DNA from: Bacteroidia bacterium
GTDB taxonomy: Bacteria; Bacteroidota; Bacteroidia; Bacteroidales; GWA2-32-17
DNA length: 64,000 nucleotides
Assembly: GCA_016218155.1 (NCBI GenBank)
Contig: JACREQ010000069.1
Span: 95,311 to 159,310 of the forward strand
Reading direction: 5' to 3'
Below the pieces are notes generated by a model, which saw only the letters and a program-made list of their open reading frames with translations, searched no databases and was not told the DNA's origin. The translations under genes were made by a program, and so were the position numbers. The number at the start of each line of letters is the position of its first letter. Positions within the stretch are counted from its first letter, which is position 1. Below, one piece after another: positions 36,973 through 46,142 of this stretch.

Positions 36973-38991
36973 TTATTCTTCGTCAATATCAGGAATATAG
37001 TTGGTAGAAATAACTTTAAACTCGGTTCTACGATTCATTTGATTAGCCTGATCTTTTAATTCAGGAGTTGCTAGCTTATTTATATATTCTTCGGTTAAAA
37101 TATCACCTTCCTTAAAAACTCCATCTTTTGAATCTTTTGCATTTCTTCCATTAATAACTTTTGGCATTGTTTTTCCATAACCTTTTGCCACAAGACGATC
37201 TTTTGCAATTCCTTTTTCAACCATATAATCAACTACAGATTGAGCACGTTTTTGAGATAATGTAACATTACTCAAAGAATCGCCTACCATATCGGTATGA
37301 GAGCCTAATTCAATTGTAATATTTGGATTTGCTTTTAAAATATCAGAAAGTCCGTTTAATTCTCTTTTAACTTCAGGACGTAAATCCCATTTACCAAAAT
37401 CATATAATACATTTTCTACTTCAACAGGGTTTGAAATTGAAGCCAATCTAATTACATCAGAGAAAGTCTTGCTATCTGCTAATTCAGCAGTTGTTATTCT
37501 TCCCTTTCCATTAAGATAGCCTTCCTTTTTAGCTAAATAAATGTAATCTGTATGCTGATTAAGTTTATATCTGAATGTACCATCATCTAATGTTGTAATG
37601 TCAAGATCAGTTCCATCATTTCCTACAATTCTTATTCTTGCACCCTTAATAGGTTTATCGGTATTTTCATCTCTGATTACACCTTGTAAAACAAACTCCA
37701 TTGGCGGTAAAATAAATGAATATATATCATCTTTTCCTTTTCCTCCTTTTCGTGAAGAACTAAATAATCCTTCCTCAGAGTTTCCTTTAAATATTATATC
37801 AAAATCATCCTGAGAAGAATTAATCGGATATCTCATATTTTCAACTATCCATTCATTATCTTCATTTTTTGTTGCTTTAAATATATCTAGTCCACCCATA
37901 CCAGGATGACCGTTGGAACAAAAATACAATATGCCGTTTTCACGGATAAATGGAAACATTTCATCGCCAAGGGTATTAATTTCCATTCCAAGATTTACAA
38001 GATTTGCAAAAGATTTTGATTTTGACTTTCTTGTCATCATATAAATATCGTTACCACCAAATCCTCCTGACATTTTAGCAACAAAATACATTGTTAAACC
38101 ATCTTTTGAAATTGAAGGATATCCAACAGAAATACTATCATTTGCAATTTGAACTATTTCATATTTTAGCCAGTCTTCACCAGGATCACGTACGCCTTTA
38201 TAAATCTGACAACCAAGTTTAATACCTCTTGCAATTTTGCATCGAGTAAAATACAAACTATTATAGTTATCTGACAGACACGGTGCTCCATCATCATTTA
38301 CTGAGTTTATAGTATCATTTAACGGTTCAGGCTTACTCCATTCACCTTTTTTATCTAAAGAAGTTTCAAAAATGTCAGAAAATATCTGACCTGTAACAGG
38401 ATTTATTTTTTCACCATGAATACCCGGGCGGGTAGAGGTAAAGTAAATATTTAAATAATCATTTGAAGCATATGCCGGTGCAAAATCACTTTCTTTCGAG
38501 TTTAATTCTTTTCTGTTTTCAATTACATATCTGGTAGGACTATCAATCCACTTTGCTGAAAGGGAACAGGAAATTTTTGACACCTTTGCTCTTTCATCAT
38601 TAGGAACTCTTTTTAAATATTCTTCATATTGTACAGCGGCTTCAGCATATTTTTCATTCCTTTGAAGCATATCCGCATAATAATAATAAATAAGAGGATT
38701 TTGATAATTTTTAGTAATAACCTTTAAGTATTGAGCCTCTGCCTTTTGAGTTTGATTCATATTTCTGTAACATTCTGCAATTCTAAATGAAATATAATTC
38801 TTCTCATCTTTGTTTTGAGATTCTTTATACAAATCTTTATACATATTTAAGGCTTTGAAAAACTCATTGGTTGCATAAGTGTAATCTGCCTTTTTAGTAA
38901 ATTTACTATAAAAATCATCTTGTGAAAAAGCAGTATTACTTAACAAGGCTAAATAAATTATTATTACTGCTTTATAAATATATTTTGACAT
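36973..38991 (-). CDS. OmpA-family protein with TPR, TolB-like beta-propeller and CarboxypepD_reg-like domains
   Basis: 672 aa. The C-terminus VLYDFGKWDLRPE...LGSHTDMVGDSLSNVTLSQKRAQSVVDYMVEKGIAKDRLVAKGYG is an OmpA peptidoglycan-binding domain. N-terminal TPR-like helices and PD40-like repeats are also present. Confidence 0.85.
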   Translation of the reverse strand: MSKYIYKAVIIIYLALLSNTAFSQDDFYSKFTKKADYTYATNEFFKALNMYKDLYKESQNKDEKNYISFRIAECYRNMNQTQKAEAQYLKVITKNYQNPLIYYYYADMLQRNEKYAEAAVQYEEYLKRVPNDERAKVSKISCSLSAKWIDSPTRYVIENRKELNSKESDFAPAYASNDYLNIYFTSTRPGIHGEKINPVTGQIFSDIFETSLDKKGEWSKPEPLNDTINSVNDDGAPCLSDNYNSLYFTRCKIARGIKLGCQIYKGVRDPGEDWLKYEIVQIANDSISVGYPSISKDGLTMYFVAKMSGGFGGNDIYMMTRKSKSKSFANLVNLGMEINTLGDEMFPFIRENGILYFCSNGHPGMGGLDIFKATKNEDNEWIVENMRYPINSSQDDFDIIFKGNSEEGLFSSSRKGGKGKDDIYSFILPPMEFVLQGVIRDENTDKPIKGARIRIVGNDGTDLDITTLDDGTFRYKLNQHTDYIYLAKKEGYLNGKGRITTAELADSKTFSDVIRLASISNPVEVENVLYDFGKWDLRPEVKRELNGLSDILKANPNITIELGSHTDMVGDSLSNVTLSQKRAQSVVDYMVEKGIAKDRLVAKGYGKTMPKVINGRNAKDSKDGVFKEGDILTEEYINKLATPELKDQANQMNRRTEFKVISTNYIPDIDEE

Positions 38992-39028
38992 GAATTGAAA
39001 AATTAATATCGATGAAACGTTAAGGTCT

Positions 39029-39036
39029 CAAAATTA
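39029..39036 (-). promoter_or_regulatory. Candidate -7 box (TAATTTTG) for the OmpA-family gene
   Basis: Matches TAnnTTTG on the minus strand, 38 nt upstream of the start at 38991. Confidence 0.35.
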
Positions 39037-39132
39037 TTATAAAATTGGGAATTATAACTATATTTTTTTATTCTGTTTACTAATAATTAATAACTTTACG
39101 AGTCGAAAATTTCGACAAAATTATATTTATTG

Positions 39133-39243
39133 TAGTCTCCGAGTTAAGTTTTCTAAGGATGAAAGTCTATGAAAATTAACCATTGGGTCAATGGAAACAA
39201 ACAGCCCACCCGAGGTTTAAAACCCAAATTGGAAAGGAGAAAG
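39133..39243 (+). promoter_or_regulatory. Molybdenum cofactor (Moco) riboswitch aptamer
   Basis: Conserved blocks as I recall the Moco RNA motif: 5' gTCTCCGAG, internal hairpin ccattg-ggt-caatgg, and 3' CAGCCCACCCGAGG...GGAAAGGAGA. TCTCC (39136-40) pairs with GGAGA (39236-40) as P1. The context is right, directly upstream of Moco genes. Confidence 0.75.
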
Positions 39244-39267
39244 TCATTAAAAAATATTTAATGATTG

Positions 39268-39299
39268 TGCCTTCTTTCCATTTGATAGAAGGCATTTTT
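39268..39299 (+). terminator. Riboswitch expression-platform terminator
   Basis: Stem tgccttct/agaaggca with an 11-nt loop, followed by ttttt. It ends 7 nt before the ATG at 39307. The 5' arm ccttctttcc could instead pair with the GGAAAGGAGA region. Confidence 0.65.
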
Positions 39300-39306
39300 A
39301 TTGAGT

Positions 39307-40473
39307 ATGGCAAATGTTTTATTTTTTTTTAAGTCTCGCATCAGGTTCGACCGAAATGAGTTTTCGGGAGCTTTTGGTGATATTGGCACCGATTTACCTT
39401 TAATAATTGGTATGATACTGGCTTCTGGATTAGATAGTGCCAGTGTTTTAATAACATACGGGATTATGCAATTGCTAACTGCAATGCTTTACGGAATTCC
39501 AATGCCGGTTCAACCATTAAAAGCAGTTGCAATGATTGTAATTACACAAAAAATTGCTCCCGAAGTTATTTATGGTGGCGGTTTAGCAATTGGTGTATTA
39601 ATGTTAGTTCTATCACTAACAGGTCTTGTTGATTTAATTGCAAAATATATTCCTAAGGTTGTGGTGCGTGGAATTCAGTTTGGGCTTGGAATTCAACTTT
39701 CTATGGTTGCATTAAAAGAATATGTTGTAGCAGATTCTTTTTCGGGATATTGGCTTGCAGGAATTGCATTTATTATTACAATAATTTTATTAGGAAACAG
39801 AAAATATCCTCCGGCCATTTTTATTATTATTGCAGGCGTTGCTTATGCCTTAATTTTTAAATTCACAAACTTTAATTTTGTAAATGCAATTAGCTTTTCA
39901 ATACCAAAATTGTATACACCGAGCTGGACAGACATCTTAACCGGGTTTTTAATACTGGCACTTCCACAGATTCCTCTTTCTATTGGAAATTCAATTATTG
40001 CAACAAAACAAATGGCAACTGATTATTTTCCAGAGAAAAAAATAACAGTAAAAAAAATCAGTCTTACTTATTCAATAATAAATATTATTAATCCATTTTT
40101 AGGCGGTGTTCCTACATGTCATGGTTCGGGTGGCATGGCCGGACATTACGCATTTGGTGCAAGAACCGGAGGATCTGTATTTATTTATGGCATATTGTTT
40201 TTAATCTTAGGTTTTTTCTTTAGCGGTAGTTTTGAGCAAATTGTTAAGATATTCCCTTTACCAGTATTAGGCGTAATTCTTTTATTTGAGGGATTAACAT
40301 TAATGATTTTTATAAAAGATATTATTGATTCTAAAAAGAGTTTCTTTATAGCATTACTGGTTGCCTTAATTGCATGTGGCTTACCATATGGTTATTTAAT
40401 TGGAATGATAGTAGGAACAATTATGTATTATATCTCTGACAAAAAAATCAAAAACTATTTTAAAATTAAATGA
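39307..40473 (+). CDS. MOT-family (MFS_MOT1-like) putative molybdate transporter
   Basis: About 388 aa and polytopic. EFSGAFGDIGTDLPLIIGM resembles the ELSGAVGDLGT(Y/F)IPIV signature of plant MOT1/MOT2, as I recall it. The gene sits under the Moco riboswitch. I prefer the ATG at 39307 to the TTG at 39301. Confidence 0.7.
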   Translation: MANVLFFFKSRIRFDRNEFSGAFGDIGTDLPLIIGMILASGLDSASVLITYGIMQLLTAMLYGIPMPVQPLKAVAMIVITQKIAPEVIYGGGLAIGVLMLVLSLTGLVDLIAKYIPKVVVRGIQFGLGIQLSMVALKEYVVADSFSGYWLAGIAFIITIILLGNRKYPPAIFIIIAGVAYALIFKFTNFNFVNAISFSIPKLYTPSWTDILTGFLILALPQIPLSIGNSIIATKQMATDYFPEKKITVKKISLTYSIINIINPFLGGVPTCHGSGGMAGHYAFGARTGGSVFIYGILFLILGFFFSGSFEQIVKIFPLPVLGVILLFEGLTLMIFIKDIIDSKKSFFIALLVALIACGLPYGYLIGMIVGTIMYYISDKKIKNYFKIK

Positions 40474-41036
40474 ATTTAACAGGAATTATATTAGCTGGCG
40501 GAGAGAGCAGTAGAATAGGTAAGGACAAAAGTAAAATCATTTATAACAATTTACCATTAATTGAATATCCTATTAATTTGTTCAGGAAATACTGTGATGA
40601 AATTATTATTAGTGCCGACTCGAACAAGTTAAATGAATATAATTATTTAAAAGTACCTGATGAAATCGGGAAATATGGGCCTCTTGCAGGAATTTATTCA
40701 TGTTTAAAGAAAAGTTCAAATCATGTAAATATTGTTATATCCTGTGATATGCCTTTAATTACAGATAAATTAATCAGTTATATTATTGATAATTCAAATG
40801 GATTTGATTTGATAATGCCATTTTATAATTCTCATTATGAGCCATTATGTGCAATATACACAAAATCATTAATCCCAGTTATTGAAGATTTATTTTCAAA
40901 AAATGATTACTCGCCTTTAAGTCTGATACCTGTTTGTAATTTCAAACAATTAGAAATATCCGAGAGTCTTCCATTTTTTAATAAAAATGTTTTTAGTAAT
41001 GTAAATACTATTTACGATTTAAATAATTTAAAATGA
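40470..41036 (+). CDS. mobA: Molybdenum cofactor guanylyltransferase
   Basis: 188 aa. LTGIILAGGESSRIGKDKS...GPLAGIYSCL...ISCDMPLI is the MobA signature. The start overlaps the upstream stop (ATGA). Confidence 0.85.
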   Translation: MNLTGIILAGGESSRIGKDKSKIIYNNLPLIEYPINLFRKYCDEIIISADSNKLNEYNYLKVPDEIGKYGPLAGIYSCLKKSSNHVNIVISCDMPLITDKLISYIIDNSNGFDLIMPFYNSHYEPLCAIYTKSLIPVIEDLFSKNDYSPLSLIPVCNFKQLEISESLPFFNKNVFSNVNTIYDLNNLK

Positions 41037-41584
41037 ATCATTATTTACCAAATTTACTTATTGTTTGTGGCTCGGGAAGAAATACCGGAAAAACTGCACT
41101 GGTAAGCAAAATAATAAAAGTAAATAAGGAAAAAAATAAAATTGCAGCAATTAAAGTTTCGCCACATTTTCATGCCGACAAACAACCAAAAAATAAAATC
41201 TGGAATGATATTGATTGCAATATTTATCTGGAAGATGAGATAACAACTAAAGACAGTTCGGCATTCTTTCAGGCTGGAGCCAGCCCTGTTTATTATTTGG
41301 AGACAAAAGATTATAAACTTAAAGAAGCATTTGAAATTATTTTAAAACATATCGGAGATGACCGTTTAATAATTTGCGAATCGGGAGTTTTAGGAAGAAT
41401 ATTTAAACCTGGACTTTTAATTTTTATAGAATCTTCAATTAACAAAGTTCAGGATATAAATAAAATAACCAACAGAAATACTGCAGACCTTATAATTACT
41501 GTAGAAAACGGAAAACTGGAAGATGAACTTTTAAAAATAGAAAATAAAATTACAATTATTGGAAATGAATGGAAATTAGTCTAA
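41033..41584 (+). CDS. P-loop-like protein in the MobB position (function uncertain)
   Basis: 183 aa. LLIVCGSGRNTGKTALVSKII is a deviant Walker-A-like loop. The gene is translationally coupled to mobA (ATGA overlap). Confidence 0.4.
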   Translation: MNHYLPNLLIVCGSGRNTGKTALVSKIIKVNKEKNKIAAIKVSPHFHADKQPKNKIWNDIDCNIYLEDEITTKDSSAFFQAGASPVYYLETKDYKLKEAFEIILKHIGDDRLIICESGVLGRIFKPGLLIFIESSINKVQDINKITNRNTADLIITVENGKLEDELLKIENKITIIGNEWKLV

Positions 41585-42412
41585 AATCTCTTTTCTGTTT
41601 TTTTCTACTTTTTTACTAACAAAGATGCTGATTTCAAATAGCACCCAGATTGGAAATCCTACAAGTAACATACTAAACATATCTCCCGAAGGAGTAATAA
41701 AAGCTGCTAAAATAGCAATCACAACTATTGCATGACGTCTGTATTTTCTAAGAAACGCAGATGACAACAAACCAATTTTTGTAAGAAAATATATTAATAC
41801 AGGTAGTTCAAAAACAATTCCCATTGATAAGGTAAGAATTGATAAAATTGAAATATACGATCCTATTGAAATTAAATTCTTAATATTTGAGCTTAATTCA
41901 TAGGTTGCCAGAAAATTTATTGTTAAAGGTGCTACTAGAAAATAACCAAAGAATACTCCGAATAAAAATAAAGCTGAAATGTATAAAATTATTCCCCTTG
42001 ATGATTTTAATTCCCTTTCTTTAAGAGCAGGTTTAATAAACTGCCATAATTGCCAAACAATAAAAGGAAATGCTACAATTATTCCTGAAATTATAGAAAT
42101 TAACAAATGGTAGCGAAACTGCCCACCAATTTCTGTGTTAATAAGATCTAAGGTAAAAGGCTGAAAACATAAACCATCAAAATTAAAGAAGGTACCTATT
42201 TTGCAAAATGCTTTATAAGTAATAAACTTAGTATCACTTGGTAAAAGAATAATAGTATTAAAAATAAAATCTTTATATATGAATGCAACAATTGCAAAAG
42301 CAAAAATTGCTATAACTGAGCGAAATAGATATTTCCTTAATTCATCAAGATGTCCCCAGAAGGTTGAATCGTTTTCTTTCTTTTTATAAAATCCAAATAG
42401 AAACCTAAACAT
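41576..42412 (-). CDS. tatC: Twin-arginine translocase subunit TatC
   Basis: 278 aa. FWGHLDELRKYLFRSVIAIFAFAI plus six hydrophobic spans. Its 3' end overlaps the convergent gene by 9 bp. Confidence 0.9.
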   Translation of the reverse strand: MFRFLFGFYKKKENDSTFWGHLDELRKYLFRSVIAIFAFAIVAFIYKDFIFNTIILLPSDTKFITYKAFCKIGTFFNFDGLCFQPFTLDLINTEIGGQFRYHLLISIISGIIVAFPFIVWQLWQFIKPALKERELKSSRGIILYISALFLFGVFFGYFLVAPLTINFLATYELSSNIKNLISIGSYISILSILTLSMGIVFELPVLIYFLTKIGLLSSAFLRKYRRHAIVVIAILAAFITPSGDMFSMLLVGFPIWVLFEISIFVSKKVEKNRKEILD

Positions 42413-42473
42413 AAACTTGTTTTTAGTATCTTAATCTCACTATCAAGTATATATTGAAATGAGAATAAAACTT

Positions 42474-42716
42474 CTATTTGTTATTTTCAGCTGATTTTGT
42501 AGTACTACTTTTATCAGTTTTAGTAGTTTTAGTATCATTAATATCTAGTTCATCATAAACACCATCTTTAGCTTTTTTAAACTCGTTCATTCCTCTGCCT
42601 AAACCACGCATTAGCTGAGGAATTTTTGTTCCGCCGAAAAGAAGTAATACTATAATTAAAATTATTATTATTTCCTGTCCGCCAAACATGCCTAATAAAA
42701 CCTGATTTGCTATCAT
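42474..42716 (-). CDS. tatA: Twin-arginine translocase subunit TatA/E
   Basis: 80 aa. [38 protein letters not shown] is the TatA signature. Confidence 0.9.
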   Translation of the reverse strand: MIANQVLLGMFGGQEIIIILIIVLLLFGGTKIPQLMRGLGRGMNEFKKAKDGVYDELDINDTKTTKTDKSSTTKSAENNK

Positions 42717-42848
42717 AACTTAAATAATTAGAATTTAATTACATGAACATAATTATATGATATTATATAATTAACAACAAAGATATTAAAAATGCTATTA
42801 ACAAATAGGTTAAAATTAATTAATTTTGAAAATATTTTATTTCTGAAA

Positions 42849-44024
42849 ATGATACTATTTGAAGATGCATTAAGAACTGTATTAGAAAAAGCTAAATGTG
42901 CTGATAAGGAGAAAGTTAAGTTATTGGATTCAACTAACCGATTTCTTGCTCAAAATATAATTGCCGATATAGATATGCCACCTTTTGATAAATCGGCAGT
43001 TGATGGTTATGCTTGTAAAATTGACGACATTCATAATAATCTTGAAGTTTTGGAAACAATTGCTGCCGGAGATGTTCCAAAAAATAACATTAAGCAGAAT
43101 CAATGTTCAAAAATAATGACAGGCGCAATGTTACCCGAAGGTGCAGATTGTGTATTAATGGTTGAACACACTCAGAAAATAGACGAGACTCACATAAAAT
43201 TAACTACAGAAAAAACAGGGATTAATATTGCATACAAGGCTGAAGATATTAAAAAAGATACAGTTTTATTAAAAGAGGGTTTACTTATACAACCGCAACA
43301 TATTGCACTAATAGCTTCTGTTGGATATTCTGAATTATTAGTTTACAAACAACCAAGAGTTGCTGTATTAACTACTGGAAGCGAACTTGTTGAACCTGAC
43401 ACTAAACCTGCATTAGGTCAAATAAGAAACAGCAATGCATGGCAGATATATTCTCAGGTTCAGAAAATAAATGCTATTCCTGTTTATTTTGGAATAATTG
43501 AAGATACTGAAGAAAAAACTGATTTGGCAATAAAAAAAGCCATTTCTGAAAATGATGTTGTAATATTAACCGGCGGAGTATCAATGGGCGACTTTGATTT
43601 TGTGCCTAAAATACTTAAACAAAATAATGTAGATTTAATTTTCGAAAAAATAAAAATCAGACCTGGAAAACCTACTGTATTTGGTGTGCATAAAGATGCA
43701 TTTGTTTTTGGTTTACCAGGTAATCCTGTATCATCATTTGTACTTTTTGAAATATTAGTTAAGCCATTTTTACAAAAAATGATGGGTTCAAATGAAGTAC
43801 AAAAAAATATTTATTTGACATTAGGTACTGACTTTAAAAGAGCAAAAGCCGATGTTATGTTATGGGTGCCATCAAAAATTAACGAAAAAGGAGAAGTCGT
43901 TCCAGTTGAATACCACCGCTCAGCCCATGTTTCATCTCTATGCAATGCCGATGTGCTTTTCCCGGTAAGTATTGGTGTATTTGAATTAAAGAAAGGGGAT
44001 ATAGTAAATGTTAGACAGATATAA
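42849..44024 (+). CDS. moeA: Molybdopterin molybdenumtransferase
   Basis: MILFEDALRTV..., PPFDKSAVDGYA, IMTGAMLPEGADCV, LTGGVSMGDFDF and GLPGNPVSSF are MoeA motifs. I moved the start from 42792 to the ATG at 42849. Confidence 0.9.
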   Translation: MILFEDALRTVLEKAKCADKEKVKLLDSTNRFLAQNIIADIDMPPFDKSAVDGYACKIDDIHNNLEVLETIAAGDVPKNNIKQNQCSKIMTGAMLPEGADCVLMVEHTQKIDETHIKLTTEKTGINIAYKAEDIKKDTVLLKEGLLIQPQHIALIASVGYSELLVYKQPRVAVLTTGSELVEPDTKPALGQIRNSNAWQIYSQVQKINAIPVYFGIIEDTEEKTDLAIKKAISENDVVILTGGVSMGDFDFVPKILKQNNVDLIFEKIKIRPGKPTVFGVHKDAFVFGLPGNPVSSFVLFEILVKPFLQKMMGSNEVQKNIYLTLGTDFKRAKADVMLWVPSKINEKGEVVPVEYHRSAHVSSLCNADVLFPVSIGVFELKKGDIVNVRQI

Positions 44025-44808
44025 CAGAGACATACATTATTTAAGGATTTCTGTTACCGATCGTTGCAATCTGCGATGCAAATATTGTATGCCTGAAGAC
44101 GGTGTAAAGCTTATTGACCATAAGGATATATTATCATTTGAGGAAATTTATGAGTTTACTAAAATTGCTGTAAAAAATGGCATAAATAAAGTAAGAATTA
44201 CAGGTGGTGAGCCTCTTGTAAGAAAAAATATTTTAGAACTTATAAAATTATTATCACAAATTAAGGAGCTTAATGATTTATCTCTAACAACAAACGCAAT
44301 ATTATTAAAAGATTTTGCAAAACCATTATCTGAAGCAGGTTTAAAAAGGGTAAATATTAGTCTCGACACTTTAAATCCTGAAAAATTCAAAGAAATTACA
44401 AGAGGTGGTGATATTAATAAAGTAATTGAAGGTATTGAAGCTGCAATTAATGCAGGTCTAAGACCTATTAAAATAAATTGTGTTGTTAATAAATCCCAGA
44501 ATGAACCAGATGCATTACAAGTAAAAAAGTTTTGCGAAAAACACGGTTTAATGGTTCGGTTTATTCATCAAATGAATTTAGAAACAGGTGAATTTTCTGT
44601 TGTAGAAGGTGGAACGGGAGGCGATTGTAATAATTGTAACAAATTGCGATTATCAAGTGATGGTTATTTAAGACCATGTTTGTTTAATGACATTGCATAT
44701 AATGTTAGAGAATTGGGCGCCGAAAAAGCCATAGAAATGGCTATAGGAAATAAACCCAAATGTGGCACCTACAGTTTATCTAATAAATTCAATGCAATTG
44801 GAGGATAA
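44008..44808 (+). CDS. moaA: GTP 3',8-cyclase (radical SAM), short form
   Basis: 266 aa. It has the LRISVTDRCNLRCKYCMPE cluster, RITGGEPL, a second cluster CNNCNKLRLSSDGYLRPCLF, and a terminal GG. It overlaps moeA by 17 bp. Confidence 0.85.
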   Translation: MLDRYNRDIHYLRISVTDRCNLRCKYCMPEDGVKLIDHKDILSFEEIYEFTKIAVKNGINKVRITGGEPLVRKNILELIKLLSQIKELNDLSLTTNAILLKDFAKPLSEAGLKRVNISLDTLNPEKFKEITRGGDINKVIEGIEAAINAGLRPIKINCVVNKSQNEPDALQVKKFCEKHGLMVRFIHQMNLETGEFSVVEGGTGGDCNNCNKLRLSSDGYLRPCLFNDIAYNVRELGAEKAIEMAIGNKPKCGTYSLSNKFNAIGG

Positions 44809-44831
44809 AACAGAAATTAACAACTTGCACA

Positions 44832-45518
44832 ATGTTAAAAAAGATTATTAAAATAATTTCTATTTTCATTCTTTCTTTAATATTATTGCCGGCACTTTAC
44901 ATGTTAATCGCTTATATATTTTCGCATATTCAGATTGAAGCTAAAAAAGAGTCAGGTAAAACTATTTCAGTATATATTTTAACAAATGGAGTTCATACTG
45001 ACATAGTAATGCCAATAAAAAATGACCAATACGACTGGAGTAAAGAAATAAAATTTGAATACACAAAAAAGAAAGACTCTTTAATGCAGTTTATTGCAAT
45101 AGGGTGGGGCGATAAAGGGTTTTATCTTGAAACTCCAACATGGGCAGATTTAAAATTTACAACTGCATTTAATGCAGCATTTGGTTTAAGCAACTCGGCA
45201 ATACATGCAACATTTTATAAGAAAATTGAAGAATCAGAAAGTTGTATAAAAATAAATATAAGCAAAAAACAATATTTTAATTTAATAAAATATATTTTAA
45301 GAAGCCTTAAGAAAGATAAAAACGGGCATTTTATAAATATTAAGACTAATGCCAATTATGGTGATAATGATGCATTTTACGAGGCTTATGGAAGCTATTC
45401 GCTTTTGCACACCTGTAATACATGGACAAATATCAGTCTAGTTTCTTGTGGTCAGAAAGCCTGTATGTGGACGCCATTTGACAAAGGAATATTTTATCAA
45501 TATAATAAAGATAAATAG
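44832..45518 (+). CDS. TIGR02117/DUF2459-family protein
   Basis: 228 aa with an N-terminal membrane anchor. YILTNGVHTDIVMP...GWGDKGFY...LLHTCNTWTN fits my memory of this family. Confidence 0.6.
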   Translation: MLKKIIKIISIFILSLILLPALYMLIAYIFSHIQIEAKKESGKTISVYILTNGVHTDIVMPIKNDQYDWSKEIKFEYTKKKDSLMQFIAIGWGDKGFYLETPTWADLKFTTAFNAAFGLSNSAIHATFYKKIEESESCIKINISKKQYFNLIKYILRSLKKDKNGHFINIKTNANYGDNDAFYEAYGSYSLLHTCNTWTNISLVSCGQKACMWTPFDKGIFYQYNKDK

Positions 45519-45609
45519 TTTGTTATAAATGTGTGTATAAAATTTTGTTTATAATTTGTTATTTAATAAATTTGAAAATCATTATAAATCTTGACACTTA
45601 TATTTATTC

Positions 45610-46104
45610 ATGCCTGATTCGTTAACAAAGAAACATATTAGTTTTCGCGACTTTATAGGATATGATGAGAATATTTTAATTTATCTTCATAATACCTTTT
45701 TGGAAGAAACTGCTATTTCAATAATTAACGAAGGATTTAAATTTATTAAATCATTAGATTATACAACAGATAATATTTCAAATATTAATGAAATTGAAGT
45801 AAATTATTTTTTAGTAAAAAGAAAATTCTACGGCAAACATACTATTGTTATTCAGATAGGAGTTGAAATCTTAAAATTTTATTCTGATTTAATTGATGCT
45901 GATGATAAAGTATTAAAAGAAATGATTTTTTCACAAATTAGTGATGAATTAAATGAAGATGACCAGAATTATAATATTTTACATAAGCAATTTATAAAAG
46001 GTTATTATAATCACGAAACAAAAGAGGGTGTTTATAGTCCCTTTTTTAATCCACATGAAAAATCAGATACTTTTCACGAAAATTTAAAGAAAAATAAACA
46101 GTAA
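45610..46104 (+). CDS. Hypothetical cytoplasmic protein
   Basis: 164-aa ORF with no signal peptide and no recognisable motif. Confidence 0.45.
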   Translation: MPDSLTKKHISFRDFIGYDENILIYLHNTFLEETAISIINEGFKFIKSLDYTTDNISNINEIEVNYFLVKRKFYGKHTIVIQIGVEILKFYSDLIDADDKVLKEMIFSQISDELNEDDQNYNILHKQFIKGYYNHETKEGVYSPFFNPHEKSDTFHENLKKNKQ

Positions 46105-46142
46105 TAGATTGGTTTATATTTTTGTTATAGGCTATAAATAAA

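Noticed and set aside
41576-41584. The 9-bp overlap between the 3' ends of convergent tatC and the P-loop gene, considered as a sign of misannotation or frameshift
   Set aside because: Both ORFs end in clean stops with intact, recognisable C-termini. Short convergent overlaps occur in compact genomes. It only implies there is no terminator between the two genes.
42689-42716. Shortening tatA to the internal start MFGGQE...
   Set aside because: As I recall them, Bacteroidota TatA proteins commonly have a short hydrophobic N-terminal extension before the GG.E motif. I therefore kept the full 80-aa ORF. The true start remains uncertain.
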